From positions 5,056,001 to 5,120,000 of the forward strand of contig JASGHG010000001.1 of the NCBI GenBank assembly GCA_047602425.1: a stretch of 64,000 bases of DNA. Direction: 5' to 3'. Positions 18,069 to 28,917 of this stretch are shown in pieces (position 1 is the first letter of the stretch; each line of letters opens with the position of its first letter). The notes beneath the pieces were generated by a model. That model searched no databases, was not told the DNA's origin, and was given only the letters and a program-made list of their open reading frames with translations. Position numbers and translations under genes: made by a program. This DNA comes from Nibricoccus sp. (GTDB lineage Bacteria; Verrucomicrobiota; Verrucomicrobiia; Opitutales; Opitutaceae).

Positions 18069-18935
18069 ATGCCACCACTCGCCTACTGGGTTCATAATCT
18101 CAGCCCGTTTGTCCCGTTTTTGCGCTTCACTGAAAATATCGGCGTGCGCTGGTATGGACTCGCCTATGTGCTCGGTTTTGTCGGTGCCGTATGGTTGTTT
18201 CAGCTCTATGCCAAAAAAGGCCGTTCGCAGCTGTCCGCCGACAAGTCGTGGGACCTGATCGTCGTGCTGGTCGTTGGCGTGATGCTCGGTGGGCGCCTTG
18301 GATCGTTTTTATTTTATCACCCGGAGGACCTTATCCAAGACCCGCTGAGTTTTTTCCGCGTTTGGGAAGGCGGCATGGCCAGTCATGGCGGCTTCATCGG
18401 ACTGGCCATCGCGATTGCGTGGTACGCCCGCAGCCAGAAAATGTCGTTTTTGCATCTTTCGGATGTCGTGGTCTCCGCTGGTCCGCTTGGGCTGTTTTTC
18501 GGCCGCGTGGCGAACTTCATCAACGGCGAACTCTGGGGGAACATCGTCGACGTTCCGTGGGCTGTTATTTTTCCGCTGAGTAAACCCGCTGGCACTCCCA
18601 TCGATCAGATCCAGCCGCGTCATCCTTCCCAACTCTACGAAGCGGCGACCGAAGGCGCGCTGATGTTCCTTTATGTTCAGCTTCGTTTCTGGAAAAGCGA
18701 CGTCACGCGCACGACACCCGGGCAACTCAGCGGCGAATTTCTCATCGGCTACGCTTTGGCGCGGATTTTCTGCGAACGCTTTCGGGAGCCCGACCGTGAC
18801 GTCACACTCATCCTTGGGCTGAGTCGCGGCACGTTCTATTCCTTTTTCATGGTTGTGGCCGGCATCGTCTTGATTGTGGCCAGCCGCAAGAGCGCCGCGC
18901 GCAAAAAACTGCAGGCGCCGCCATCGTCAGCCTGA
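18069..18935 (+). CDS. lgt: Prolipoprotein diacylglyceryl transferase
   Basis: RWYGLAY, GGMASHGG, FGRVANFINGELWG, RHPSQLYEA, FREPD. Confidence 0.97.
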   Translation: MPPLAYWVHNLSPFVPFLRFTENIGVRWYGLAYVLGFVGAVWLFQLYAKKGRSQLSADKSWDLIVVLVVGVMLGGRLGSFLFYHPEDLIQDPLSFFRVWEGGMASHGGFIGLAIAIAWYARSQKMSFLHLSDVVVSAGPLGLFFGRVANFINGELWGNIVDVPWAVIFPLSKPAGTPIDQIQPRHPSQLYEAATEGALMFLYVQLRFWKSDVTRTTPGQLSGEFLIGYALARIFCERFREPDRDVTLILGLSRGTFYSFFMVVAGIVLIVASRKSAARKKLQAPPSSA

Positions 18936-19676
18936 ACAAGACTTCACCTCTACGCCGGCATCTTTCAACGCTTGGCGCAGCGTCTTCGCGAAATGCACCG
19001 CGTGCGGGCCGTCGCCATGCAGGCAAATCGTGTCGGCCTGCACGGCGATCTCTACGCCGTCGCGGGTTTTGACCACTCCGCGCTTCACCATGTCGAGCAC
19101 CTGCCCGACCATTTTATCGTCGTCATGATGCAAGGCGCCCGGCTGCGAACGCGGCACAAGCGAACCATCGGCTTGGTACATACGATCGGCAAACACCTCC
19201 CGTGCCACGCGCAACCCTGCGTTGATGCCCGCTGTCACGAGTTCGCTTCCGGCCAGCCCAAAAAGCATGAGTTGCTCGCCGGATGCCCGGACCGCCTCGG
19301 CCACGGACTTCGCGATGAGAGGATTGCGCGCCGCCATGTTATAGAGCGCACCGTGCGGTTTGACATGCGTGAGCGAGGTTCCGCTGGCGTCTGCGATTTT
19401 TTTGAGTGCACTCACCTGCCGAACCACGAGCGCATAAATTTCCTCGGGAGGCAGCGCGATGTCCAAACGGCCAAAATTCTCGCGATCCTCGAATCCCGGA
19501 TGCGCGCCGATACAAACCGACGCCAGCTTCGCCAGCCGCACGGTTTCTTTCATCGTCGGTTCGTCGCCTGCATGTCCTCCGCAAGCGATGTTGGCCGACG
19601 AAATCAGGGGCATGAGGAACGCATCCTGTCCCGCGCCTTCGCCAAGATCGCAATTGAGATCGATAGACAGCGTCAT
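18927..19676 (-). CDS. pxpA: 5-oxoprolinase subunit A (LamB/YcsF)
   Basis: DLNCDLGE, ANIACGGHAGD, HVKPHGALYN, TICLHGD. Confidence 0.95.
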   Translation of the reverse strand: MTLSIDLNCDLGEGAGQDAFLMPLISSANIACGGHAGDEPTMKETVRLAKLASVCIGAHPGFEDRENFGRLDIALPPEEIYALVVRQVSALKKIADASGTSLTHVKPHGALYNMAARNPLIAKSVAEAVRASGEQLMLFGLAGSELVTAGINAGLRVAREVFADRMYQADGSLVPRSQPGALHHDDDKMVGQVLDMVKRGVVKTRDGVEIAVQADTICLHGDGPHAVHFAKTLRQALKDAGVEVKSCSG

Positions 19677-20641
19677 GAATATTTCTCCGAGAGCCCTTCC
19701 TGCAAATGTCCCAAGGCGTGCTCTGCCGCGAGCAGAAGCGACTGCGCCTCATCCAACGAAATCAGTGTGAACATCAGACGGTCACCGGGCCTCAATTGCG
19801 CAAGCAGCGGCAGGTCCACCGAGGCAACCTCCGCAATCCGCGGGTAACCACCAATGGTCTGGCGGTCGGCCATGAGTACAATCGGTTGTCCCTCGGGCGG
19901 CACCTGGACCGAACCAAATGCCACCGCCTCGGAGACCATTTCGCGCGGCTCTTTGAGCAAAAGCTGGGCTCCAATCAATCGGAGTCCCATGCGGTCCGAC
20001 TTCGGCAAAACGCTGTAGCGTCCCTCGAAAAATTTGTACTGCGCCTCTTCGGCAAACCAGTCCCACTGCGCGCCCCGCACCACCCGGACCACCGGCTGCG
20101 TCGAATAGGCCGGCAAAACCGACGGTGAAACATGCCACCGCTCAGCGTCGACCGGCGTCGCGTGCAAAGCTGGTCCGATTTGCAACCGATCTCCCTTGCG
20201 CAACGCCCGACCCTCCACTCCGCCCACGCCGGCGCGCAGGTAAGTGCTCGCACTTCCCATCGCAGCAGGCACAACAAAACCACCCGCCACCGCCAGATAG
20301 CCGCGACAACCCGTTTCCAGGCCTGTGAGATCCAGTTCGTCGCCGGCCTTAACCATCAGCGGTTGCCACGCAGGCACAGCGTTGAAGCGCGCACCGCACA
20401 CGGCGATCAGCGCGTCCGAGTGAAAGCGTAGGACAGGACCCGCCATCGTCGTCTCCAGCAGCGCCGCACTCGCTGGATTGCCCACAAGCAGGTTCGCGAC
20501 GCGAGCCGCCAGGCGGTCCATCGCCCCTCCGTCCGGAACACCCGCGTTGAGAAAACCGACGCGCCCCAGATCCTGCACGGTGGTCATCGCCCCCGGCTTG
20601 AGCACCTCGGCAAAATTGCCCGCTGCGCATGGAGCCTTCAT
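19673..20641 (-). CDS. pxpC: 5-oxoprolinase subunit C
   Basis: TTVQDLGR, GAMD, SDRMGLRL, GSVQVP, DRQTIGGYPRI. Confidence 0.93.
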   Translation of the reverse strand: MKAPCAAGNFAEVLKPGAMTTVQDLGRVGFLNAGVPDGGAMDRLAARVANLLVGNPASAALLETTMAGPVLRFHSDALIAVCGARFNAVPAWQPLMVKAGDELDLTGLETGCRGYLAVAGGFVVPAAMGSASTYLRAGVGGVEGRALRKGDRLQIGPALHATPVDAERWHVSPSVLPAYSTQPVVRVVRGAQWDWFAEEAQYKFFEGRYSVLPKSDRMGLRLIGAQLLLKEPREMVSEAVAFGSVQVPPEGQPIVLMADRQTIGGYPRIAEVASVDLPLLAQLRPGDRLMFTLISLDEAQSLLLAAEHALGHLQEGLSEKYS

Positions 20642-21315
20642 CCGGTAACCTTCTCAAATTGTCCCGATGTAATCGGATCGAACCGCACGCTATCGCCTAC
20701 CTTCAGCCAGGCAGGAGCGGTTTCTTCCGGCCGAAACAACCGCAACGGCGTGCGTCCCAACAAATGCCAGCCACCTGGCGTGGCCAGAGTGTATACGCCC
20801 GTCTGCGTCCCGCCGATCCCAACGCTGCCCGGCGGAACGGATGTTCGCGGTGAAGATTTCCGCGGCATGTGCAGTGTTTCCGGCAAACCCGCCAGATACG
20901 GGAAACCCGGGGAAAAACCGATCGCACGCACTTCGTAGCTCGCTCCGCTGTGGATTCGTATGACTTCATCGGTCGTTAGGCCTTTCCCCGCCGCAAATTC
21001 CGCCAAGTCGGGTCCGTACTCGCCGCCGTAGCAGACAGGTATGATTCGTTCGTCGCGTGGCAAGGGCTTGGCGATAGCAATCGTTTTTGCTGCATCCAAA
21101 ATCCAGGCACTAATCGCTTCGTGCGGTTTCGCCGGCCCGCTCCTCGCCCATTCCACCGGATTATAGTACACCGCGACTGTCGTATACGCCGGCACGATAT
21201 CGAAGACACCTGCGTGCTTTTTCGCTTCAAGTCCGCTGGCCAAACTGCGCACCTTCGCCGCATCGTCTCCGACCTCAATTAACACGGCGGAATCCCCTAG
21301 CGGAGTGATTTTCAT
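20638..21315 (-). CDS. pxpB: 5-oxoprolinase subunit B
   Basis: IPVCYGGEYGPDL, IGFSPGFPYL, PGGWHLLGRT; ATG at 21315. Confidence 0.93.
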   Translation of the reverse strand: MKITPLGDSAVLIEVGDDAAKVRSLASGLEAKKHAGVFDIVPAYTTVAVYYNPVEWARSGPAKPHEAISAWILDAAKTIAIAKPLPRDERIIPVCYGGEYGPDLAEFAAGKGLTTDEVIRIHSGASYEVRAIGFSPGFPYLAGLPETLHMPRKSSPRTSVPPGSVGIGGTQTGVYTLATPGGWHLLGRTPLRLFRPEETAPAWLKVGDSVRFDPITSGQFEKVTG

Positions 21316-21409
21316 GGCGGAAGCAGAAGACTGGATCGACGCGCTTTCCCGCGGTGGCGTCAATGACCATCGTGCGCGTTCACGAAACGGATTTCGCCGG
21401 CGACGAATG

Positions 21410-22006
21410 TCAGTCAATCTTGAAAAGATTCAACCCAGCGAGCGTGCCACCGGGATACTGCTGGAGCCGTCCGCCAGCGATTAAGCCGCCTAGATCGACA
21501 GGCGCGAAACCGGACCTCGCGAAAATCTCCGCCACAAGGGCATTCGCCTCGGCGTGATCACCCGAGAGAAAAATGACGCGATTCCCCCCGTTTCTGCGTG
21601 GATCCTCCTCCGCCACCGCGGTCGGAAGTGTATTTCCGGCCTTCACCAAACGTGCGCCTGGAACCAGGCTCGCAACGACTTCGCTCGAAGTCCGCCCGCC
21701 CAAATCCGCAAATACAAAACCGGGCAAGATGGCGTTCGTTGAGTCGATCACGATGCGATTATTCCAAGGCACCAGGCGCCCAAGTACCGTCGGCAGATGC
21801 GGCCAGGTGATCGCGAGGAAAACGACTTCGGCGGCAGCGGCGTCCGCCACCGTCCCCGCTTCTGCATTCGGACCGATCTTGCAAACCACGTCGGCTAGAG
21901 ATTCCGGTCCGCGACTGTTACTCAGGACGACGCGATAACCGGCGGCGGCAAAGTGACGCGCATAGGCCTGGCCAATTCCACCAGCGCCGAGGATTCCAAT
22001 TTTCAT
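21410..22006 (-). CDS. NADPH-dependent F420 reductase-family oxidoreductase
   Basis: MKIGILGAGGIG Rossmann motif, SNSRGPE, VIDSTN, LVKA.NT. Confidence 0.88.
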   Translation of the reverse strand: MKIGILGAGGIGQAYARHFAAAGYRVVLSNSRGPESLADVVCKIGPNAEAGTVADAAAAEVVFLAITWPHLPTVLGRLVPWNNRIVIDSTNAILPGFVFADLGGRTSSEVVASLVPGARLVKAGNTLPTAVAEEDPRRNGGNRVIFLSGDHAEANALVAEIFARSGFAPVDLGGLIAGGRLQQYPGGTLAGLNLFKID

Positions 22007-22440
22007 GAAAGGATTTTGCTTTTGCTAGAAATAAAATGGAGAGGGAGCACAGGCCTCCAAGCAGTCCAACCATCGCGAATATGCAAGCTGGCCGGGTGGT
22101 ATGTCGTTTCGCGATATGCCGTGTCTCCGGCCGCCCGATCACGAAGTTTGGCGAAGCGCGTCTTGTTTACTGTCGAGAAATTTCGCCGTCTGATTGGAGG
22201 TTACGCCTAGATTGGCATGAAATCGGCGTTTTAAACCGGCACGAACCATGTAGGCCAGTGCACAAGCGCCCCGAACGCTACACAACCTTTAAGCATATCC
22301 ATTTTTGTATCGACAAAGTTGGTACACAAGACATCAACAAATTTGTAGAAAGCCTGTAAATTTCCGGGACGTGAAATTTTCACTCTAAGTTAATCCGTCC
22401 GATTCTCGATACCTCATGACGCCCTTATTTGCGCTTCAAC

Positions 22441-22725
22441 ATGAGCACACTTCTTCCCTGCAAGAGTGAACCACCTGACACGACCCAGGCCCTTGACCCC
22501 GGTGTTGTCACTCGGGAAAGGTTAGCTCTCGATCAACTCGCACGAGAAATGACTCAGGTACAAAAGCGTCTCGGTACGCCCGCCGAGAAGCATGGGGATT
22601 GTGAACTTGCCAGGGATCTCGGCCACGCCATTCGCAACAAGCTTCATGTACTTCGACTGCTGGGTGTCGTCGGCCGTACCAAACCGACAAAGCCCGACAA
22701 AAATCAGCTGTATCTGGATGTCTAG
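22441..22725 (+). CDS. Small hypothetical protein with H-box-like motif
   Basis: Isolated ~94-aa ORF, helical, contains LGHAIRNKL. Confidence 0.55.
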   Translation: MSTLLPCKSEPPDTTQALDPGVVTRERLALDQLAREMTQVQKRLGTPAEKHGDCELARDLGHAIRNKLHVLRLLGVVGRTKPTKPDKNQLYLDV

Positions 22726-23201
22726 CGTCCGGTCAGGTCTCTAACGTCGTCGATTTTTCACTCGGTCTTTCCCGGGATAGCCGACCTAAAAACTCCGCTC
22801 GCGCGGTCGCGGCAATGAAGTTGAAGAACCCCAAAAGACCGCCGGAATCATTCGCATTTTCCGGATTCAAGTGCTGGTGAGAGTCATTTCATCAGACGGT
22901 GCTTGTGTAAATTCGCGGTGACGGCCTGACAGGGGGCGCAGGCGGTTCTTACTGTGTGAAGTTGGTCAAATTTGAGACAGCGGCGTCTTGTGCAATATTT
23001 CGGAACTCAGGACCGCGAGTTGCATCACCTCGTGAAGCTTGAGTCACCCACCGACGACCACCCACATACCCCGCTTGCCACGTTGCGTTCTTGTGGCGCG
23101 CAATCGCGCACGTTGACGCAGCCATCCGCCCCGCTTGACGAGGCTTTTCCGCACCAGAACCACCCACCATCTCCCTATCAACTGTTGAATGCATTTGGAC
23201 C

Positions 23202-26200
23202 ATGCCTACACCACCCACCACAAATAAATTATCCGCGGTCTGCGCCGCGTTCTTTCTCTGCTTAGTCTCGACATTTTTGTTTGTCCCCAATGCCGCCTAT
23301 GCTGCGTTTGGCCTGACCGACAACGCCACGACCTATGGCGTCGACACCGGCGCTGGACTCACGTTTCTCGTCAACAAAGCCAACGGCGATATCACGTCGA
23401 TTGTCTTCAATGGCGTCGAGTACCGCTCCACCACCGGCCGTTTTTCCCATATCGCTTCCGGCCTCGGTTCCGCCACCACCGTCAGCGCCAATAGCGATGG
23501 TTCTTCGTTCGTTAAGATCACTATTCAAACGAGCCCAACCAACGGCGTCGTCGCCAGTCTCACGCAGTACCTCGTGGTCCGAAACGGCGAAAACACCATT
23601 TACATGGCCACCTACACCACCGCCGAACCAGGTGTTGGCGAGCTGCGCTGGATCACACGCCTCAATTCCGATCTCATTCCCAACGGCCCCAAGCCCTCCG
23701 AACTCCGCAGCACGACCGGTGCGATCGAGAGCTCCGACGTGTTCGGCGTCGCGGACGGCACCACGCGCTCGAAATACTACGGCGACTCCATTACACACGG
23801 CAAAGACCGCGCAATGGATCTCACTTATTGCGGCGCGACCGGCCCCGGCATCGGCTGCTGGATGGTCTACGGTAACCGCGAGAGCAGTTCGGGCGGTCCA
23901 TTTTTCCGCGACATCCAAAATCAGGGCGGCACCGATCAGGAGATCTACAACTACATGAACTCCGGTCACAATCAGACCGAACCATACCGCGTCGACAATG
24001 TCCTGCATGGGCCTTACGCGCTGGTTTTCACCACGGGCGCGACTCCGACGCTGCCGATGGATTTTTCCTGGATGGAAAGCCTCGGCCTCAACGGCTGGAT
24101 TCCCGCCTCCGGTCGCGGCACGGTCAGTGGCACCGCCATGGGCGTTCCCGCAGGCTTCCAAGGTGTCGTGGGTTTCTCCAACGCCACCGCGCAGTACTGG
24201 GCCGTGATCGATGCCGCCGGCAATTACACCTGCTCTGGCATGAAACCCGGCACGTACGAGGCCACGCTCTACAAAGGCGAACTCGAGGTCGCCACCGATA
24301 CTGCGACCGTGACCGCCGGCGCTACCACTACGCTCAATCTCGTTTCCGCCGAAGCAACGCCGTCGACTATCTTCCGCATTGGCGAATGGGATGGCACACC
24401 CGCCGGCATGCTCAATGCCGACAAGATTACGCAAATGCACCCGCAGGACGTGCGGAATAGCCCATGGGGGCCGGTGACGTTCAACGCAGGTGTTGATGCC
24501 CCGTCTTCGTTCCCCGCCATTCAGTTTCGCGGTGCGAACAGCCCCAGCACGATCAAATTCACCCTCGCGCCGAACCAGATCACTGATCTCACTCTTCGCA
24601 TTGGTATAACCTGCGCTTACAATGGCGGGCGCCCACAAATCACGGTCAACAGCTTCACCTCCGCCGCCCCCGGCGCTTCGTCGCAACCGAGTTCCCGCAG
24701 CTTCACCATCGGCACTTATCGCGGCAACAATGCGCTCTACACCTACACCATTCCCGCCAGTGCGCTCGTCGTCGGCACAAACACGCTTACGATCAACCCG
24801 ATCAGCGGCACCAGCGACCTCGGCACCTGGCTGAGCGCGGGCTGGGTTTACGATTCCATCGAACTCGCCGGTCCGATCGCCACGCCAATCATCAAATACG
24901 CCGGTTCCTCCCCGCTCGTGGTGAGTGGTACGGCCGAGTCGGGACGCAATGTCACCGTTCTCCTCGACGGCGCTACTGTGCTCGGCACCGCGGTCGTCGC
25001 GGCCGACGGCACTTGGTCGGTGACGTATGGTTCGTCTCTGCCTGTCGGCACGCACACCTTCACCGCCATCGCCAGTGACAATACCGGTCACAACAGCCCT
25101 GCTTCCGCGCCGCTCGCTTTCAATGCCAGCGTCGCCATGCCCGCCATCGTCGCCGCTCTCGGCGATACCGGCACCTACGGAAACGGCGCCAGCACGTCGG
25201 ATCGCGTTTTCAGCTTCACCGGCACCGCTTCTCCCGGCGACACGATTTCGCTCATCCGCGTCGGCACCGGAGTCGTTGGCTCCGCCGTGACATCCGCGAG
25301 TGGCAACTGGTCGGTCGATTACACCAGTGTTTCGCTGCCCGATGGCCTTAATAGTTTCTACGCCACCGCGTCTAGCAGCTCTGGCACCAGCCTGTCGTCG
25401 GCATTCTTTTCGCTCAATCTCGCCGGACCACCTCGTATTTCCATCACCCGGCAAACGCCGTCCTTCGCCACGATTCCCAATAATATCGCGGGCGTCGTTT
25501 TTCGCGTCACATTCAACCACGCCGTTAACAACGTCACCCCAGCCGCGTTCGAACTCGCTGGAACTGGCACCGCCGCGGGCAACATCGCGAGCGTTTCCGC
25601 TTCCTCCGGTTCGGTCTTCGATGTCGCCGTCAACAATCTAACCGGCGGCGGTAACCTGCACCTCGTCCTAAAGGCGGCAAACGGTGTCACCGACGCCAAC
25701 GGTAATCCAGAATCTGGATACACTGCTGGCGAAGCCTATACACTTGTCATCACCTCCTTCGGCAGTGGCACCTGGATTCTACCGGAGAGTGGCGGTCTCT
25801 GGAGCTACGCCCTCAACTGGCAGGGCGCCGTCATCGCCGATGGCGCAACCTCCAGCGCAAATTTCGCCACGCTCAATCCCACGGCCAATATCACCGTGCG
25901 TCTCGACTCCCCGCGGACGCTGACCAGCGCGACCTTCGGCGACACCGATGTTGCCTCGGCGGCCAGTTGGACCGTCGACAACAATGGCAACGCGGCCAAT
26001 ACGCTCACCCTCGCCGGCGCCTCGCCCACCTTGACGGTCAACACGCTCGGCACCGGTGCCACCACTACCATCGGCGCAGGACTAGCCGGCACCACGGGCC
26101 TCACCAAAGCCGGCGCCGGCACGCTCGTACTTTCCGGCCAAAGCACGCTCACCGGGCCGCTCAACATCAACGCCGGCTTCCTCCAACTCGCTCCGGGAGC

Positions 26201-28841
26201 CGCGCTCAATCTCGGTACCGGCGCCGTGAACGCCGCGCTCAACACCCGCCTCAACATTTCCGGCGGCACGTTCGCCACCACAGGCTTGGTCAGCGCCTCC
26301 TCTGGCCAGGTAATCATTGATGGCGGCTCCGCCACCATCGGCAGTTTCCGCACCAACTCTGATTTCGGTTCCGCCCTCCGCGTCAGCAGCGGCACGCTCG
26401 TGATCGGTGACGTCAACATCCGCCGCAACAGCGGCGCGCCCGCCGACTTCGGTTCAGGCTTTGTCGTCTCCGGCACGGCGATCGTCGCCGCCAACACCAT
26501 TGGCCTGGGCACACAAAACTCCACCGGTGCCATGTCGATCGAGGGTGATGCCTCTGTTGTAGCCACCGGACCAGTTACTATCGGCAATCAGGCCACCAGC
26601 GGACGCGGCGGCGCGATGCGTGTGCTCAACAATGCCACGTTCACCTCAACCGACACCGCTCTCGGCGTGCTCCTTTGCCGGAACAACGGCGCCAATGCCA
26701 ACAACGTCGCCAGCGCGACCTTCACCGGCGGCCTCAGCATCGTGGAAAAATTCACCCTCGGCTTCGACGCCAATGTCAATGCCGGCTCCGCCACGCTCAC
26801 GCTCAACGGCGGCGCGCTCTACCTCGGCAGCGGCGGCATCGTGAAAAATGGCGCCGCAGGTCTCGTCACCGCGCTCAACTTCAGCAGCGGCATCCTCGGC
26901 GCCAAGTCAGATTGGTCCACCGCGCTCAACATCAATCTCCCGAGCGGCGGCAACGTCGCCATCAAGACAGCCGATGCCGCCAATGCGCCGTTCAACATCT
27001 CGCTCAACGGCATCGTCAGCGGCGCAGGCGGCCTCACTAAAACCGGTGCAGGCACCCTAACACTCGACGGCGGAGGTACGCACACTTACACCGGCACGAC
27101 CACCATCAACGCCGGCACGCTCCGCGTCACCAGCGCGCTCGGCACCGCAACCAATAGCGTCGTCATCAACAGTACCGGCACCCTCGCAGGCAGCGGCACG
27201 ATCAATCGTCCCATCACGCTCAACAACGGCGGCAACGTTTCACCCGCCGGCTTCGCCTCGCTCGGAACTTTGACGGGCACGTCGCTCACTTGGAATGGCG
27301 GCGGCGCCCTCGCCTTCGACCTCGGCGCCAATGGCGTTTCCGATCTGCTCGTCTTGGGCGGCGCGCTCGCCAAGGGCTCCGACACCGGCTGGACCCTCGC
27401 GCTCAACGCCACCGAACCACTCGCTCACGGTAACAGCTACACCGTGGCGAACTTCGCCTCAACGACGTTCATCACCGGCGACTTCACCGTCACCGGCCTG
27501 CCCGATGGTTTTGCCGGCTCAGCCTCGGTCGACGCCAGTGCGCTACGCGTCTCCATCGTCGCACGCCCGGTGATCACCAGCGCCATTTCCGCCGGAGGCA
27601 CCTTTGGCGACGCGTTCAGCTACTCGATCACCGCGAGCAACGATCCCACGAGCTTCAGCGCCTCCGGCCTACCGCCCGGCCTCACGCTTGATTCCGCCAC
27701 CGGCGTAATTTCGGGCATACTCGACGCCGCCGGCACCTTCAACGTCACGCTCGGCGCCACCAACCTCGCCGGCACCGGCACAACCGTGCTTACGCTAACC
27801 ATCGCACCGCTGCCCATCACACTGAGTTTCGGCAACGGCTCGCCTGGCAATCCGCTGCGGCTGTCGTACGACGGCACGGCCAAGACTCCCGTCATCACGA
27901 CCAACCCGCCCGGCCTGCCCGTCACGTTCACCTACAACGGCAACAGCATACCGCCCACCCTGCCAGGCACCTATGAGGTCGTCGCCACTGTCGCCGATCC
28001 AAACTATACCGGCAGCGTCACTGGCACACTCGTGATTTCGATCACCGCCCTCGTGCGCCACGCCCCCGTGCTTAACGGCGACCTGGATGGCTCCGCGCAA
28101 ATGCTCACTGCTGAAAACGTCACCGTGAATGGCAGCGGGTATGTCTCTGGCGACTTGTTGGCGCCCGGCACACCGACGTTGCGGCTCAACGGCCATCCGA
28201 CCTTCGCCGGCACACAAGACGCCACCGGCGCCGAAACGCCGACCGGCTACACCGTCACGCTCAACGGCAATGCCGTGCTGCGCTACCTGGTTCGCCGCGT
28301 CGATCCGCTCGCCATGCCTGTCGTCAACGCGCCGCCTCAGCCTACCGGTACGCGCTCTGTCTCGATCAATCGCGCCGGCCAGTCTCCAGGGGACTTCGCC
28401 ACGATCCGCAACCTCACGCTCAATGGAAACGTCGGCCTCGTCACCCTGCCCGCAGGCACCTACGGCAGCGTGATCGCCAATGGCGGCAGCGGCTTCATCC
28501 TCGGCGTCGAAGGCGCAACCGAGCCCTCAGTCTACAACATCCACAACCTCACGCTCAACGGAAACAGTCAGCTTGAGGTCGTCGGGCCCGTGACGCTCGT
28601 GCTTGCCAATGGCACTTCCGCCAACTCCTCGCAACTGGGTAACGTCATGCATCCTGAATGGTTGATCGTCCACGTAGCCGCCGGCGGCTTCGTGCTCAAT
28701 GGCAACAGCAGCCTCAGCGGCTACGTCGTCGCGCCAAACGGCACGATCACGATCAACGGCAACAGCACGCTGACCGGTGAAGTGATCTCCGACCGTTTAA
28801 CCATCAACGGCAGCGGAGCACTGCAACAGGCTGTTCCGTAG
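23202..28841 (+). CDS. Multimodular rhamnogalacturonan lyase (PL4) with Ig-like, PATR, He_PIG/MBG-like and C-terminal beta-helix modules
   Basis: Signal peptide; SHIASGLG, VGELRWITRL, RESSSGGPFFRDI, YMNSGH.QTE, LHGPY, IGEWDGTP; LTKAGAGTLVLSG and LTKTGAGTLTL...YTGTTTINAGTL repeats; GLPPGLTLDSATGVISG. Confidence 0.9.
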   Translation: MPTPPTTNKLSAVCAAFFLCLVSTFLFVPNAAYAAFGLTDNATTYGVDTGAGLTFLVNKANGDITSIVFNGVEYRSTTGRFSHIASGLGSATTVSANSDGSSFVKITIQTSPTNGVVASLTQYLVVRNGENTIYMATYTTAEPGVGELRWITRLNSDLIPNGPKPSELRSTTGAIESSDVFGVADGTTRSKYYGDSITHGKDRAMDLTYCGATGPGIGCWMVYGNRESSSGGPFFRDIQNQGGTDQEIYNYMNSGHNQTEPYRVDNVLHGPYALVFTTGATPTLPMDFSWMESLGLNGWIPASGRGTVSGTAMGVPAGFQGVVGFSNATAQYWAVIDAAGNYTCSGMKPGTYEATLYKGELEVATDTATVTAGATTTLNLVSAEATPSTIFRIGEWDGTPAGMLNADKITQMHPQDVRNSPWGPVTFNAGVDAPSSFPAIQFRGANSPSTIKFTLAPNQITDLTLRIGITCAYNGGRPQITVNSFTSAAPGASSQPSSRSFTIGTYRGNNALYTYTIPASALVVGTNTLTINPISGTSDLGTWLSAGWVYDSIELAGPIATPIIKYAGSSPLVVSGTAESGRNVTVLLDGATVLGTAVVAADGTWSVTYGSSLPVGTHTFTAIASDNTGHNSPASAPLAFNASVAMPAIVAALGDTGTYGNGASTSDRVFSFTGTASPGDTISLIRVGTGVVGSAVTSASGNWSVDYTSVSLPDGLNSFYATASSSSGTSLSSAFFSLNLAGPPRISITRQTPSFATIPNNIAGVVFRVTFNHAVNNVTPAAFELAGTGTAAGNIASVSASSGSVFDVAVNNLTGGGNLHLVLKAANGVTDANGNPESGYTAGEAYTLVITSFGSGTWILPESGGLWSYALNWQGAVIADGATSSANFATLNPTANITVRLDSPRTLTSATFGDTDVASAASWTVDNNGNAANTLTLAGASPTLTVNTLGTGATTTIGAGLAGTTGLTKAGAGTLVLSGQSTLTGPLNINAGFLQLAPGAALNLGTGAVNAALNTRLNISGGTFATTGLVSASSGQVIIDGGSATIGSFRTNSDFGSALRVSSGTLVIGDVNIRRNSGAPADFGSGFVVSGTAIVAANTIGLGTQNSTGAMSIEGDASVVATGPVTIGNQATSGRGGAMRVLNNATFTSTDTALGVLLCRNNGANANNVASATFTGGLSIVEKFTLGFDANVNAGSATLTLNGGALYLGSGGIVKNGAAGLVTALNFSSGILGAKSDWSTALNINLPSGGNVAIKTADAANAPFNISLNGIVSGAGGLTKTGAGTLTLDGGGTHTYTGTTTINAGTLRVTSALGTATNSVVINSTGTLAGSGTINRPITLNNGGNVSPAGFASLGTLTGTSLTWNGGGALAFDLGANGVSDLLVLGGALAKGSDTGWTLALNATEPLAHGNSYTVANFASTTFITGDFTVTGLPDGFAGSASVDASALRVSIVARPVITSAISAGGTFGDAFSYSITASNDPTSFSASGLPPGLTLDSATGVISGILDAAGTFNVTLGATNLAGTGTTVLTLTIAPLPITLSFGNGSPGNPLRLSYDGTAKTPVITTNPPGLPVTFTYNGNSIPPTLPGTYEVVATVADPNYTGSVTGTLVISITALVRHAPVLNGDLDGSAQMLTAENVTVNGSGYVSGDLLAPGTPTLRLNGHPTFAGTQDATGAETPTGYTVTLNGNAVLRYLVRRVDPLAMPVVNAPPQPTGTRSVSINRAGQSPGDFATIRNLTLNGNVGLVTLPAGTYGSVIANGGSGFILGVEGATEPSVYNIHNLTLNGNSQLEVVGPVTLVLANGTSANSSQLGNVMHPEWLIVHVAAGGFVLNGNSSLSGYVVAPNGTITINGNSTLTGEVISDRLTINGSGALQQAVP

Positions 28842-28917
28842 ACATTCTCAACCGGTAAATTCCGGTTGAACTTCAGAACAATGCCCGTGGTCGGTACAGC
28901 CACGGGCATTTCAATTT

